A stretch of 64,000 nucleotides of DNA, taken from NCBI GenBank assembly GCA_963785305.1, contig CAWAUV010000008.1:512001-576000 (forward strand), given 5' to 3'. The stretch comes from an uncultured Planctomycetaceae bacterium (GTDB lineage: Bacteria; Planctomycetota; Planctomycetia; Pirellulales; PALSA-1355). Position numbers and translations under genes: made by a program. The notes under the pieces are model-generated. The model had not been told where the DNA came from, searched no databases, and worked only from the letters and a program-made list of their open reading frames with translations. Shown piece by piece: positions 43,296 to 53,978 of this stretch; positions within the stretch are counted from its first letter, which is position 1, and each line of letters opens with the position of its first letter.

Positions 43296-44915
43296 ATGGC
43301 CACCACCCAACTTGCCGCATCACCCTCCGTGGGGCTGCGGAAAACATTTGACTTGCTCGCGACCACCAAGAACGACGTGGCCAACACAGTGTTGCTCACG
43401 GCGCTCGATTCGCCGTTTTTGGAAGTGCAGCGCGGCGGGCTCGAAGCACTGCTCAAGCGACGTTGCCATCAGGGGCAAACCGAGATTCTCCGCCGCCTGC
43501 CGGCCAATGCCGACGCCTGGCGACCGATCATCGATCAGCGCCGCGGCGCCTTGGCCCATGCCCTGCGCGACGGTCTCTTGGGCGGCGACAGTGAGTTGTG
43601 CCAAAGCGCCTGCCAAGCGATTCTCTGGTTTCGCGAATACGACCTGGCCGCCGCGCTCGTCACGGCCGCCGAAGATGAAACCAATCCCCAAGCGCCGCTC
43701 GCCGCCCAAACTCTTTTGGCCTTGGCCGACCTGCTCTACGAGGAACTGGCCGCCGGCGCGCCGAGCGCCGGCCGGCGCGATCCGCAAGTCGTGCGCCGCA
43801 ACTTCACCCACACGATCGAAGGCTCGGCCCAGCGCTTTGCCCGGCACAAGCGCCTCGAGACGCTGCGCGCGTTTCTCTCGCTCGCCGGGCGTGAAAACGC
43901 GACCCTCAAACGCATTTTTCAAGACCCGCTCCATACCGCGTTCGTGCCGATGATGGACATTTTGCTCCATGACCAACGCGGCGGCATCGTGCGGCTCTTG
44001 CTCAGTTTTCTCGACGATCCGCATGCTCCCTCGGCCGCGATCTCGGCGCTCGGTCGCCGCGACGACCTGAAATTCGTGACGCATTTGATGCGCAAGATCG
44101 GCTTTGCCCCCAGTGTCAACGCCGCTCAGAACCTGCGACGCATCGACACGATCGGCTGGCTCAAGACCGATCCGCGCCGTGTCGACTCGCTCGACGACGC
44201 CGCCCAGCACAGCCTCATTCAAGTGGTGCTCGCCACGAGCATCAAGCGAGATGATGCTTTCGCGATCGTCGAACATGTGCTGCGCTTCGGCAAACGCGCC
44301 GGACGCCGCGCCGCGGCCACGGCGCTTGCCCGCTTCAATGGCGCCGACGCCAATCTCGCCGCCCAACGCGCGCTGACCGACGATTGCCCGGAAGTGCAAG
44401 CCGCGATCATCAAACAGATTCGCCAGCGCGGGATTCCCGGCGCGCTCAATCGCGTGATCGAGTTTCTCGACAACCCGTCGCCGGTCGTGCGCGACGCGGC
44501 CCGGCAGAGCCTCGTGGAATTCGACTTCGAACGCTACCTCGCCGCCTACGATCTGCTCGATGACGAAATTCGCCGCAGCACCGGCGAGCTCGTGCTCAAA
44601 GTCAATCCGGGCGCCACCGAAGCCCTGCGAAAAGAACTCGCCGCGCGAACCCGCACCCGACGCATGCGGGCACTGGGCGTGGCCATGGCGATGGGCGCCG
44701 TGCCGGAGCTGCGCGAAACGATTATCTCGATGCTCACCGACGACGATCATCTGGTGCGCACCGAGGCTGCCGTGGCGCTGGGCCACGCGCCGCATGTCGC
44801 CACGCGCGCCGCGCTTCGCGAGATGCTCGCCGACCGCAATATCCCCGTGCGCGAGGCGGCGCTCCGCAGCCTGGAGCGGCTCGACTCGCTCGACGGCCCA
44901 AGCCGCGCTTTATGA
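43296..44915 (+). CDS. HEAT-repeat protein
   Basis: Repeated D....VR..A..AL helical motifs in the C-terminal half. Confidence 0.75.
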   Translation: MATTQLAASPSVGLRKTFDLLATTKNDVANTVLLTALDSPFLEVQRGGLEALLKRRCHQGQTEILRRLPANADAWRPIIDQRRGALAHALRDGLLGGDSELCQSACQAILWFREYDLAAALVTAAEDETNPQAPLAAQTLLALADLLYEELAAGAPSAGRRDPQVVRRNFTHTIEGSAQRFARHKRLETLRAFLSLAGRENATLKRIFQDPLHTAFVPMMDILLHDQRGGIVRLLLSFLDDPHAPSAAISALGRRDDLKFVTHLMRKIGFAPSVNAAQNLRRIDTIGWLKTDPRRVDSLDDAAQHSLIQVVLATSIKRDDAFAIVEHVLRFGKRAGRRAAATALARFNGADANLAAQRALTDDCPEVQAAIIKQIRQRGIPGALNRVIEFLDNPSPVVRDAARQSLVEFDFERYLAAYDLLDDEIRRSTGELVLKVNPGATEALRKELAARTRTRRMRALGVAMAMGAVPELRETIISMLTDDDHLVRTEAAVALGHAPHVATRAALREMLADRNIPVREAALRSLERLDSLDGPSRAL

Positions 44916-44982
44916 GTGAAATTCCAAATCACCTGCCCGCCAGGGAATTTATTTTGGCCTCCATGCATCGGACATCGTAGTC

Positions 44983-45941
44983 ATGAACATTCCACCGTTT
45001 GTGCTGGCCGACCGCGGCATGCTGCGCGAAATGGGCAGTGGCTTCCGCGATCGGAGCGAACATTTCGAGCTCATCGATCTCTGGCCCTGGATCGTCGGCT
45101 TCGTCGCGCTCGTCGGCGCGCTTGTCGCCTTGCAGCGCTGGCTCACCCGCAACGATGCCCAGACTTTCTATTCCAGTCCGCGTGCCTTGATGCGGTCGCT
45201 GTGCCAGACGCATGGACTTTCGCGGGCCGATCAACGGTTGCTGTTGCTCATTGCCCGGACTCGCGGCATCGCGGCGCCGGCCTGTTTGTTTCTCGACCCG
45301 GCGGCGTTCGAGGTTTCCGACGTCGGGCCGATCGACCTCGCGCACCACGCCGAGGCGATCACCGCGCTTAAGGCCCGCTTATTCGCGAGCGACGCGATCA
45401 CGGCGCCTGCCGAAGCGAACGACGTGGCCCAGGGCGATGGGGCCCCAAGCGGCGAAGAGTGCTCGGTGGCTCCCGCTCCCTCGGCGGAATCTCCAAACGA
45501 ACAAGCGCCCGGCGATGGCGCTCGCCACGACTCGTCGCGCGATCCCGCGGAAAGCACGGCGCGTTTGTCGCCCGCGGATTCCGCGACCGAGGAGTTTGGA
45601 ATATCGCGGGAACGACCAATGCCCCGCCCGCGAAGAATTGGACAGCGGCGCCGAGTCTGTTCGAGCCGGCGCCGGCCACCACCGGCGCCGAGGCGTTGGC
45701 CGCGGCCGCTTCGGGCTCGCGCGGACGGCGGCGCGAGGACCAGCTTAAGAGCAACGCGCCGAGCAGCGCCGCGATCGAAGACCGCGCCACGACCTTCACC
45801 GAGCAGCAAGCCGTCATGGCGCTCGAAACACTGATGCGTCAGATCAATGCGAGCCGAGCCCCGGCGGCGGCTCCAGTGGCGGCGTCGATCTCATGCTCCG
45901 ACACCGCGGCCCCATCCAGCCCCGCGCCAAGCGCTCGCTAG
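44983..45941 (+). CDS. Membrane-anchored hypothetical protein with disordered tail; probable frameshift near 45620
   Basis: One TM helix, LCQTHGLS..PACLFLDP; tail continues in ORF 45459..45941. Confidence 0.5.
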
Positions 45942-47365
45942 GCGATGGCGCTCGAATAGGCCGAAGGGCGCGTCTGGACAGGGTGCGGCTTTCGCGGGGC
46001 GAATTGCGCGTTGGACTTGCGGAGCACGCCGTCGCGCGGCTTGGCTTTGAAGTCGCCGGATTCCGCGTTTTTGTCCATGGCCACCGCATGTTCCTCGGGC
46101 ACATAGCCGATATTGTTCAAGAAATCCTCGAGCCTTATCGTCTGAATGCCGAAGCTCTTGGACTCGTTGATCATTTCAGAGTACGACTTCAGAAACTCGG
46201 CCGACACCCCCTTATCGCCCGGCCGGGCGCCCATGATCAAGTAGCTGGTGTTGAACGATAGATCGCCCTCGCGTTTGCCGGCGTCGGTGACTTCGGCGTC
46301 GATCACGCCGCCGTTGTTGGCGATCAGGTTTTTGACGAGTGCCCGGTCGCTTTCGCCATTGCCGTCGATATCCATGAACCCATCGAGCGCGAAGTGCTCG
46401 ACCCGACCGGCGGCCCACACTTGCGAGAAAATCTGATCGCCGGGCATGATCGGATCGTCGAGCTTGTCGCTCACGATGCGGGCCTCGGCCAGATGCGCGT
46501 CGAGCAGTCGCACCACTTCGATGCTGGCCTTGCTCTTGGCTTCGACCAAACTGGGTTCATTGGGGCCGAGCACCTTGAACGTCACTTGGCGACGAAGGCC
46601 ATCGGCGGCGCCGACATTGATCCACACCACATGGTCGCGCTGATCGACCCACGTGATGCGGCCGCGCGGCAGATCGAGCGTGGTCTCGGTCTTCTCGTGT
46701 TTGTTTTTCAAAATCTCGATTTGCTTGGCCAGCCGCTCGATCTGCGAGTCTTTCCCCTTAAGCTCGTCGTCGGCCTTCTTCGTGCGATCGTCGGCGCCCT
46801 TGCACGTGGTGTCGATCTGCTTGGCGATATCGGTTTTGCTCTTTTCGATTTCTTCGCGCACTTCGTTGAAGCTTGCGAGCTCGGCTTTGAGATCGGCGGC
46901 GCTCTTATCGAGGTTTTCCTTGTACTTGGCGAGCTCGGCGGCTTTGATCTTTTCGTCGGCCGCGATTTTGGCCTTCAGCTCTTCCTCGCGCAGTTTGTCG
47001 TCGACGAATCGCGACTGGGCGGCGAGCAGTTCGGTGTGCAGGTACTTGACGAGTTGGCGGTAGTGCTGATCCGACTCCTTGAAGTTGCCGCCGTAGTTCT
47101 TCATGTCGTCGGCGAAGTTCTTCTGGATCGTGTCGACGGAATCGGTCTCGGAGCCGCCGTAAATCTTTTTGAGCGCGCTGGCTTCGACCTCGGCGGCTCG
47201 CTGCGAGGCGACGGCCTTGCCCTTTTCGTCGAGGCTGGCCTTCGAGGCGAGCAGCGCCTCTTCGTACCAGCGGAAGAACATGAACGCGCACACGCCGGTG
47301 ACGATCATGAGCAAGGCAAAAATGATGAGCGCAATCTGCAAGCCTTGATTTTCCCTGACAGCCAT
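45938..47365 (-). CDS. Membrane-anchored coiled-coil hypothetical protein
   Basis: N-terminal TM, ~200-aa coiled coil, globular C-terminus (VWINVGAADGL, MDIDGNG). Confidence 0.75.
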   Translation of the reverse strand: MAVRENQGLQIALIIFALLMIVTGVCAFMFFRWYEEALLASKASLDEKGKAVASQRAAEVEASALKKIYGGSETDSVDTIQKNFADDMKNYGGNFKESDQHYRQLVKYLHTELLAAQSRFVDDKLREEELKAKIAADEKIKAAELAKYKENLDKSAADLKAELASFNEVREEIEKSKTDIAKQIDTTCKGADDRTKKADDELKGKDSQIERLAKQIEILKNKHEKTETTLDLPRGRITWVDQRDHVVWINVGAADGLRRQVTFKVLGPNEPSLVEAKSKASIEVVRLLDAHLAEARIVSDKLDDPIMPGDQIFSQVWAAGRVEHFALDGFMDIDGNGESDRALVKNLIANNGGVIDAEVTDAGKREGDLSFNTSYLIMGARPGDKGVSAEFLKSYSEMINESKSFGIQTIRLEDFLNNIGYVPEEHAVAMDKNAESGDFKAKPRDGVLRKSNAQFAPRKPHPVQTRPSAYSSAIA

Positions 47366-47713
47366 TGTCGCTCCAGTCCGAAAGAGAGCCGAGAAAGACG
47401 CTGGGGCTCGCGCGGAATCGCGCCGCCGAAGATAACCCGATTGTAAATAGGGACTTCGACGCTGTCAAATTCCCGCTATCGGCGGCCCAAATCCATCCAC
47501 CGCTACAACCGACGCTGGCGCGCGTCGCGGAACATTTCCGACGCGGTTCGCCGAACGTCCACGAGGCCGTGCCCATGCCCCCCGAGGCGGGATCGGGCGG
47601 CGACCGGACGGCTTGGCGGGGAGTAGCGATCAGGCTCGGGGCGTAGTTATAATGCGAACCTTGCCCAGCTTCCGCTCGCCCCCCTTCCCCAATCCACCCC
47701 CAAGGTTTTTGCC

Positions 47714-48763
47714 ATGAGATGCGCTGCTTTGTTCGCGGTGTGCTGCTTTGGTTTCGCGGCGATCGCGTCGGCCGCCGACGCGCCTCGCGCCGCCTCGACC
47801 TCGAGTGTCGGTCTCGCGATGACCGATGCCGCCCAGAAGTTCCTCGCGGCGCTTTCGCCCGAACAAAAAGCCAAGGCCACGATGAAGTTCGACGATCCGG
47901 CCCGGCTCGATTGGCACAATATCCCCAAGCCCCAGCGCAAGGGTTTGCAAGTGCGGGATATGAACGAAGCCCAGCGCGGCGCATGCCACGATCTGTTGCG
48001 CACGGCGCTTAGCGGCGTGGGCTATGAAAAAGCCAAGAAAATCATGTCGCTGGAAAACAATCTGCGCGAAGGCGAGAAGGACCTCAAGGATTCGCCGCTC
48101 CGCGATCCGGAGCGATACTTCCTCACCATCTTCGGCCAGCCGGAATCGACCGGGCAGTGGGGCTGGAGCTTCGAGGGCCACCACTTCTCCCTCAACTTCG
48201 TGATTCGCGACGGCCAAGTGGTGAGCGACACGCCGAGCTTCTTCGGCGCCAATCCGGCCACGGTCTCGCTCTTTATTCCTGGCGGACCCGAGGCCGGCAC
48301 TCGCACCCTGAGCGCCGAGGAGCAGTTGGCCTTCGATCTGCTCAATTCGCTCGACGACGCCCAGCGCAAGCGGGCGATCGTGGCCGACAAGGCCCCGGCC
48401 GAATATCGCAACGCCGGCAAGCCCCAGCCGCCACACGAAGCGCCCGAGGGACTGCCCGCCTCGGAGATGACCGCCGACCAGAAGCAGATTCTTTGGAAGT
48501 TGATCGAAACCTATAATAACAACCTCGCCGGACCGCTGGCCGCCGTTCGCCTTGGTAATGTCCAGTCGCATGGGCTCGATCGGGTATGCTTCGCCTGGTT
48601 CGGCGGAACCAAGGCGGGCGAGCCGCACTACTACCGCTTGCAAGGGCCGTCGTTCGTGCTCGAACTGATCAATGTTCAATCCGACCCCGCCGGCAACAAA
48701 GCCAACCATATTCATTCAGTGTGGCGAAACCTCGAAGGCGACTTCGGCGTGGACGCGCGGTAA
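47714..48763 (+). CDS. DUF3500 family protein
   Basis: Signal peptide; WHNIP, WGWSFEGHHFSLN, PSFFGANP, HYYRLQGP, NHIHSVWR. Confidence 0.9.
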   Translation: MRCAALFAVCCFGFAAIASAADAPRAASTSSVGLAMTDAAQKFLAALSPEQKAKATMKFDDPARLDWHNIPKPQRKGLQVRDMNEAQRGACHDLLRTALSGVGYEKAKKIMSLENNLREGEKDLKDSPLRDPERYFLTIFGQPESTGQWGWSFEGHHFSLNFVIRDGQVVSDTPSFFGANPATVSLFIPGGPEAGTRTLSAEEQLAFDLLNSLDDAQRKRAIVADKAPAEYRNAGKPQPPHEAPEGLPASEMTADQKQILWKLIETYNNNLAGPLAAVRLGNVQSHGLDRVCFAWFGGTKAGEPHYYRLQGPSFVLELINVQSDPAGNKANHIHSVWRNLEGDFGVDAR

Positions 48764-49002
48764 GCGGCGCTGTGATCGACGCGGCGGGCGGCGGGCAGGA
48801 GGTTTGTCGCGGGCGGACATCGAAAACGCGGAACAACAGGGAACGAACGCGATGTTCGTTCCCTGATCGCGAACTTTCGTGACTTCCCCTGTTCCGCGGT
48901 GGCGGTCCGTTTTCTTCGTCGGAGGCGACGCGTGCTTCATTCCCGATCAAGATGTTCGCTCGCGCGGCGGCCTTCCCTTTCTCGCTCTTGAAATCACGTC
49001 GC

Positions 49003-49698
49003 ATGCCCACCACTCCCACTTGGCAAGACATCGCGCTGCGGTTGGGGCTCACCTTGATCGCGTCGGGCATTATCGGCGTCAATCGCAGCGAGCGCGGACA
49101 CGCGACGGGCCTCCGCACCACGATCCTCGTGTCGGTGGCCGCCGCCGTGTCGATGATTCAAGCCAATCTACTGCTCGCTACGATCGGCAAGACATCCGAA
49201 GCTTTCTCCGTGATGGATGTGATGCGCCTGCCGCTCGGCATTCTCTCGGGCATGGGCTTTATCGGCGCCGGCGCGATCCTCCGCCGCGGCGACATGGTGA
49301 TCGGCATCACGACCGCGGCGACGCTCTGGTTCGTCACCGTGATGGGCCTTTGTTTCGGAGGCGGTCAGTGGGGAGTGGGCTTGGCGATGCTCGCAATCGG
49401 CCTCACCGTGCTTTGGACGCTCAAATGGATCGAGGAATTGCTGGGCCAGGGCGCGCGCGGCGTCTTGGATATTACGCTCGCCGTGAACGGGCCGACCGAC
49501 GCCGAAGTGCAAGCCTGGATGCATGCGTCGGGATTTGCAATTTTGGCTTATGGCATGACGCTCGCGCCGCATACCGGCCTTCGCAAATTGCGTTGCAGCG
49601 TGCGCTACCGCCGCCACGCGGCCGATGTGGAAACCCCCGCGGCGCTGGCGGCCTTTGGCCAGCGCGAGGGCGTGAAGCGAGTGCGTTGGCGTCCCTGA
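49003..49698 (+). CDS. MgtC/SapB family membrane protein
   Basis: GLRTT, SGMGFIGAGAI, GITTAATLW. Confidence 0.9.
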   Translation: MPTTPTWQDIALRLGLTLIASGIIGVNRSERGHATGLRTTILVSVAAAVSMIQANLLLATIGKTSEAFSVMDVMRLPLGILSGMGFIGAGAILRRGDMVIGITTAATLWFVTVMGLCFGGGQWGVGLAMLAIGLTVLWTLKWIEELLGQGARGVLDITLAVNGPTDAEVQAWMHASGFAILAYGMTLAPHTGLRKLRCSVRYRRHAADVETPAALAAFGQREGVKRVRWRP

Positions 49699-49792
49699 AT
49701 TCCGCGGCGCCGGTCGGGCCATGGCTGTCGGGGGGCGCCGCGCCGCCTTGTTGCTGGCGTGCGGTTGTCGAAAAACATCCAGGAGTCGAGCC

Positions 49793-50701
49793 ATGAAAAT
49801 CGCGGTCACCGGGGCCACCGGCTTTATCGGCCGCTATCTGGTTCGGCGCCTCGTCGCCGATGGCCACGCGTGTCGCTGCTGGCATCGCCCGACGAGCGAT
49901 CGGCGCGGGCTCGACGATCTGGCCGCGAGCATTGAGTGGGTCGAGGGCGAACTGGGCGACCGCGCGGCGAGCCGGGAACTGGTTCGCGGCTGCCAGGCCG
50001 TGGTCCACGCCGCGCTCTATCATCCCGGCGGCGGCTTTCGGGGCGGCGAAGGCGATCTGCTCGAATTCGTCGAGAAAAACGTGCTCGGCACGCTGGCGCT
50101 CATCGAAGCCGCTCGGTCGACTCCGGCTAGCCGGTTCGTGTTTATTTCTACCTGCGCGGTACATGAACGCATCTTGAGCGATCGGCCGCTCGACGAGACC
50201 CATCCCACGACGCCCGAAAGCCACTACGGCGCACACAAAGCGGCGATCGAACAGTTCGTGCATGGTCATGGCTGGTCGACCGGCTATGAAATTTGTGCTT
50301 TGCGGCCGACCGGTGTTTATGGACTCGACCAGCCGGCGGAACACAGCAAGTGGTTTCCGCTGGTGCGCGACGTGGTTCGCGGCGTCGATGTCACCTGCGA
50401 GCGCGGCGGCAAGGAAGTGCATGCGGCCGATGTCGCCCGGGCGGCGGCGCTGTTGCTCTCGGCGCCGAACATTGCCGGCGAGGTCTACAACTGCTTCGAT
50501 CGCTATATCTCGGAACACGAAGTCGCCAGCCTCGTCAAGCGGTCGACCGGCGGCAAGAGCGAGATCCACGGCCGGAAAACTTCGGCCAAGAACCGAATCA
50601 TCACCGACAAACTTCGCGGGTTGGGCATGGAGTTCGGCGGCCAGAAACTGTTCGAGGAAACAGTGCGGCAATTGATCGACGCCGTCAACGCGGGCGAGTG
50701 A
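49793..50701 (+). CDS. NAD-dependent epimerase/dehydratase
   Basis: TGATGFIG, YGAHK; AGGAG RBS. Confidence 0.9.
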   Translation: MKIAVTGATGFIGRYLVRRLVADGHACRCWHRPTSDRRGLDDLAASIEWVEGELGDRAASRELVRGCQAVVHAALYHPGGGFRGGEGDLLEFVEKNVLGTLALIEAARSTPASRFVFISTCAVHERILSDRPLDETHPTTPESHYGAHKAAIEQFVHGHGWSTGYEICALRPTGVYGLDQPAEHSKWFPLVRDVVRGVDVTCERGGKEVHAADVARAAALLLSAPNIAGEVYNCFDRYISEHEVASLVKRSTGGKSEIHGRKTSAKNRIITDKLRGLGMEFGGQKLFEETVRQLIDAVNAGE

Positions 50702-50702
50702 C

Positions 50703-51761
50703 TCACGCTCCCGACGCCGAAGCGCTCGCCAGGGCCAAGGTCCCCAGGCCATAGAACGTGTATTCCACGTCGAGCCCCCGGTCCCACGCGGCGCCATGAA
50801 ATCCGCCGCCCGCGGCTTCGAGCGAAGTCGCATAGCGCACGGCGGCGGCGAGGTCGATGGAGCCGCCGTTGCCCCCGCGAATGGCGCCCAAGTCGCCGAG
50901 CGTTACCAGGGCGGTGAATGTGCTTAGCAGATCGGCGATCGGGATTCGGGTATTGGCCCGCCAGCCGCCTTCTTCGTTTTGCAAGTCGATCAAGAATTCG
51001 GCCGTGGAGGTTTTGGTTTGCTCGTCGAGCGCGGCGTGCATCGCCAAGAGGCCGATCGCCGCGGCGGTCGGGTTCACTCCGCTACGACGCATGGCGGCCA
51101 TCTCGACGAACCCGCCATCGTCGCGCTGCCGCGAACGCGCGAAAGCCACCAGCCGCTCGGGTTCGGGAGTCTCGATGCCGATTGCTTGCTGACACATCGA
51201 CACGAGAAAACTGTGGTACACGCTGCTCGACTCGCCGACGGGTGTTTTGGCGTAGCCACCGTCGGGACGGCGCAGGCGCTCGAGCAGCGGCGGCCACATT
51301 GGCTTGCCAACCGACCGGAGCAGCGGCGAAGACATCGAACCCGGCGGCCATGTTCAAAGTCGCGGCCGCCAGCACCAGCGACAGAAAGTCGACGATCGGC
51401 GCTTGGCCAGCCAAGCGGGTTTGCAGATAACGACCCGCGAGTTCGGCTCGCGCCGGATCGAGCTCGCCGACCAGGGCCAGCGCTCGCACGCCGAACCCGG
51501 TGTAGTAGAGATCGCCCGCGCCGAACGACCGGGAGCCACGCCGCCCGCGCTCGACGAATCGCCCGGTTCATGGACGATCTCGCCCGTGATCGGGCCACCG
51601 ACCCCGGCGCCGGGAGCGCGACCGGGAAAGCCGCCATCGGCCGCTTGGCAGCGCCGGAGAAAGCCGGCATGAAGCTCGATGCGACCGGGGCTCAGCAGCT
51701 CCTCCATGCCCGCGCCGAGTCGCAGCAGCAGGTTCGCAAGATAGCCGGCGGAGGGCGGCAT
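50703..51761 (-). CDS. Prenyltransferase/squalene-oxidase-repeat protein (GGTase-beta-like); at least two frameshifts
   Basis: Repeated Q..DGGF/EGGW/GGGF motifs, DLYYTG, DLLSTF, DVEYTFYG across ORFs 51354..51761, 51082..51489, 50703..51335. Confidence 0.8.
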
Positions 51762-51844
51762 GGTTTACCCAGACCGGGCTGGAGAGGCGCGGCGAAAGAC
51801 GCGGTCGCGATCAAGCGCGCGGAGCGGATTTTAACATTGGTTCG

Positions 51845-52261
51845 TCAGAGCAAGAAGGATCGCAGCTTCGCGGCGATGTCGGGCGGCACGGCCATCGAGC
51901 TCAAAGTCCCGTCGCCATGCAGCCGGCAGCACACGGCCGTGATTTCGCCGGTGGCGACTTGGCGTCCCGCGCAGCTAAAGGCGAATTCGTAGGTCACGCT
52001 TTTCTGTCCCAAGCGGGAGACATGCACCTCGATATCGACCAAGTCCTCGAAGCGGATCGCCGATTGGTAGTCGGCCCGAGCGGCAACGCGCGGCCAAGTG
52101 ATCGTGCCCTCGGGGTCTTTTTGGACCACGCTGAGGTCGACGCTTCTGAGCATCGCGTGTTCGGCGGCCTCCATGTAGGTGAAAAACACGGAGAAATGCA
52201 CGATTCCAGCGGCGTCGGTGTCGCGGAACTCGACTCGGCGTTGGGCGCGGAACTGCGGCAT
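51845..52261 (-). CDS. Acyl-CoA thioesterase (4HBT/YbgC hot-dog fold)
   Basis: RVEFRDTDAAGIVHF..YME.AE. Confidence 0.9.
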   Translation of the reverse strand: MPQFRAQRRVEFRDTDAAGIVHFSVFFTYMEAAEHAMLRSVDLSVVQKDPEGTITWPRVAARADYQSAIRFEDLVDIEVHVSRLGQKSVTYEFAFSCAGRQVATGEITAVCCRLHGDGTLSSMAVPPDIAAKLRSFLL

Positions 52262-52355
52262 GGACTTCTTTTCTTGCGATTCAAAACCCGCAGGGCCGCG
52301 GGAAACGCTCTTGCATGCCACATCGCTCGCGCTCAGGACATCGCATGCGAGCGAA

Positions 52356-52637
52356 TCAGTCGGCCACGTAGGGAATCAGCGCCATGAATCGAGCCCGCTT
52401 CACGGCCAACGTCACCGCATGCTGGCTGACCGCGGTGCAGCCGCTCTTGCGACGCCCCACGATCTTGCCTTGGCGATTCGTTAGCTTGGCCAATAGGTCA
52501 AGATCCTTGTAGTCGATGTACATTGGCCGAGGCCGTTGACCATCGACAAAGATCGGGTCTTTCTTCTTCGCGCGTGTCTTGACCTTCGCCGGGCGACGCT
52601 TGACGCCTTTGCTGGGTTTTCGGCCTCCGAAGCTCAT
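52356..52637 (-). CDS. rpsR: 30S ribosomal protein S18
   Basis: IDYKD..LL....GKI..RR.SG....Q..V..AVKRARFMALIPY. Confidence 0.92.
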   Translation of the reverse strand: MSFGGRKPSKGVKRRPAKVKTRAKKKDPIFVDGQRPRPMYIDYKDLDLLAKLTNRQGKIVGRRKSGCTAVSQHAVTLAVKRARFMALIPYVAD

Positions 52638-52995
52638 CGGGTACTACCTTTGCGGACAATTAAACTGGGGGGAACGATTTCAAAAAAACAAAGCGGCGCC
52701 GGATTGGGTCGAAAGCCGGTTGTGCCAGCCACGACAGACGACGCTCGCGAGAGATTAAAAACAACCCGCGGTCGTCGCGGTGATTGTTTGCTCGCGACGA
52801 CCGCAGGATTTTGGACTCGCCTTTTTTACTTTTAATAACACCGAGGCAAACGACCCAAAAGCCGATTCGCCCATCAATTCGCCCGCCTCGCGAATCGATT
52901 CCAACTCCGCCGACCTTCACGAACCGGATCGACTTCAAGCTGATTTGACATTCGAGGGCCGCGCTCGGCCAAAGCGAGATTACCGGCAAATGCGA

Positions 52996-53415
52996 CTAGT
53001 AGTTGCCTCGGCCGCCGCCGCCGTATCCACCACCACCGCCGCCGCCGCCATATCCGCCGCCGCCCGAACGGCCACCGCCGCCACTGCCGCCGCGACCACC
53101 GCCATAGCCACCGCCACCGCCCGAGCGACCGCCGCCATAGCCGCCACCGCCGCCACCGGAGCGAGGCGCTCGCTCGCGGGCTTCATTGACCGTGATGGCG
53201 CGTCCGTCGACTTCGGCGCCATTGAGGGCCTGAATCGCTGCCTGGCAAGCCTCATCGGTTTCCATTTCCACAAAACCAAAGCCACGCGACCGGCCCGTCT
53301 CCCGGTCGGAAATCACCTCGGCCGAACGCACGGCGCCATGCGCGCCGAACAGCGTCTCCAAAGTCGCTGATGTGGTCGACCAGGGGAGATTCCCCACATA
53401 AATCTTCTTCGCCAT
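52996..53415 (-). CDS. RRM RNA-binding protein with Gly-rich tail
   Basis: IYVGNL, RSRGFGFVEM, VNEAR, then GGY/GGR repeats. Confidence 0.95.
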   Translation of the reverse strand: MAKKIYVGNLPWSTTSATLETLFGAHGAVRSAEVISDRETGRSRGFGFVEMETDEACQAAIQALNGAEVDGRAITVNEARERAPRSGGGGGGYGGGRSGGGGGYGGGRGGSGGGGRSGGGGYGGGGGGGGYGGGGRGNY

Positions 53416-53978
53416 CACGAGGGTCCTTTGAAACACGGGGCTTGCATGCCGCGAGCTGTAAAACAAGGCACGGAGGGCGCGCCCCGGGGCCAGCTCCGTG
53501 TCTGTAAAACACAATCCTGGTAATGTAACTCCCCGCTGGCAATAGCTGCAACACCTAATGCGGCACAAAATCGCGTGTTTCCGCAATTCGCCCGCCGCCA
53601 CGCGAATACCCATTTGGCGCCGCGCCGCCATCGCCTCGATTCCACGCGAAAACGCGAATCGTTCCCACTTCACAAACGGCCGCGGGAACCCTGGCGAAGG
53701 CGATCGGCGGTACGGGGGGCGCCGCCACGAAAAAACCATGGGCGCCTTCCGGATTCTCCGCCCCGCGCATGGCCGCGCCGTCGACGCGGCGGCCGACGCC
53801 GGCAATGGGCGCCGGTCTTCAGCAAAACCGAGCCCGCGAAATCGCCACCCTTTCCCAGCCCTTGGGTTGTGTGGCGCGCTCCGCGGCGGCAGAGCGACGA
53901 GAAACCCTCGAACAACCGCCGCGGCATGTCGCGTCTTGGTGGGGGGCCGAACCCGAGCTTCAGACGAACGCGAAACGC

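Noticed and set aside
52996..53160. GCC/ACC trinucleotide-rich tract
   Set aside because: Simply encodes the Gly-rich tail of the RRM protein
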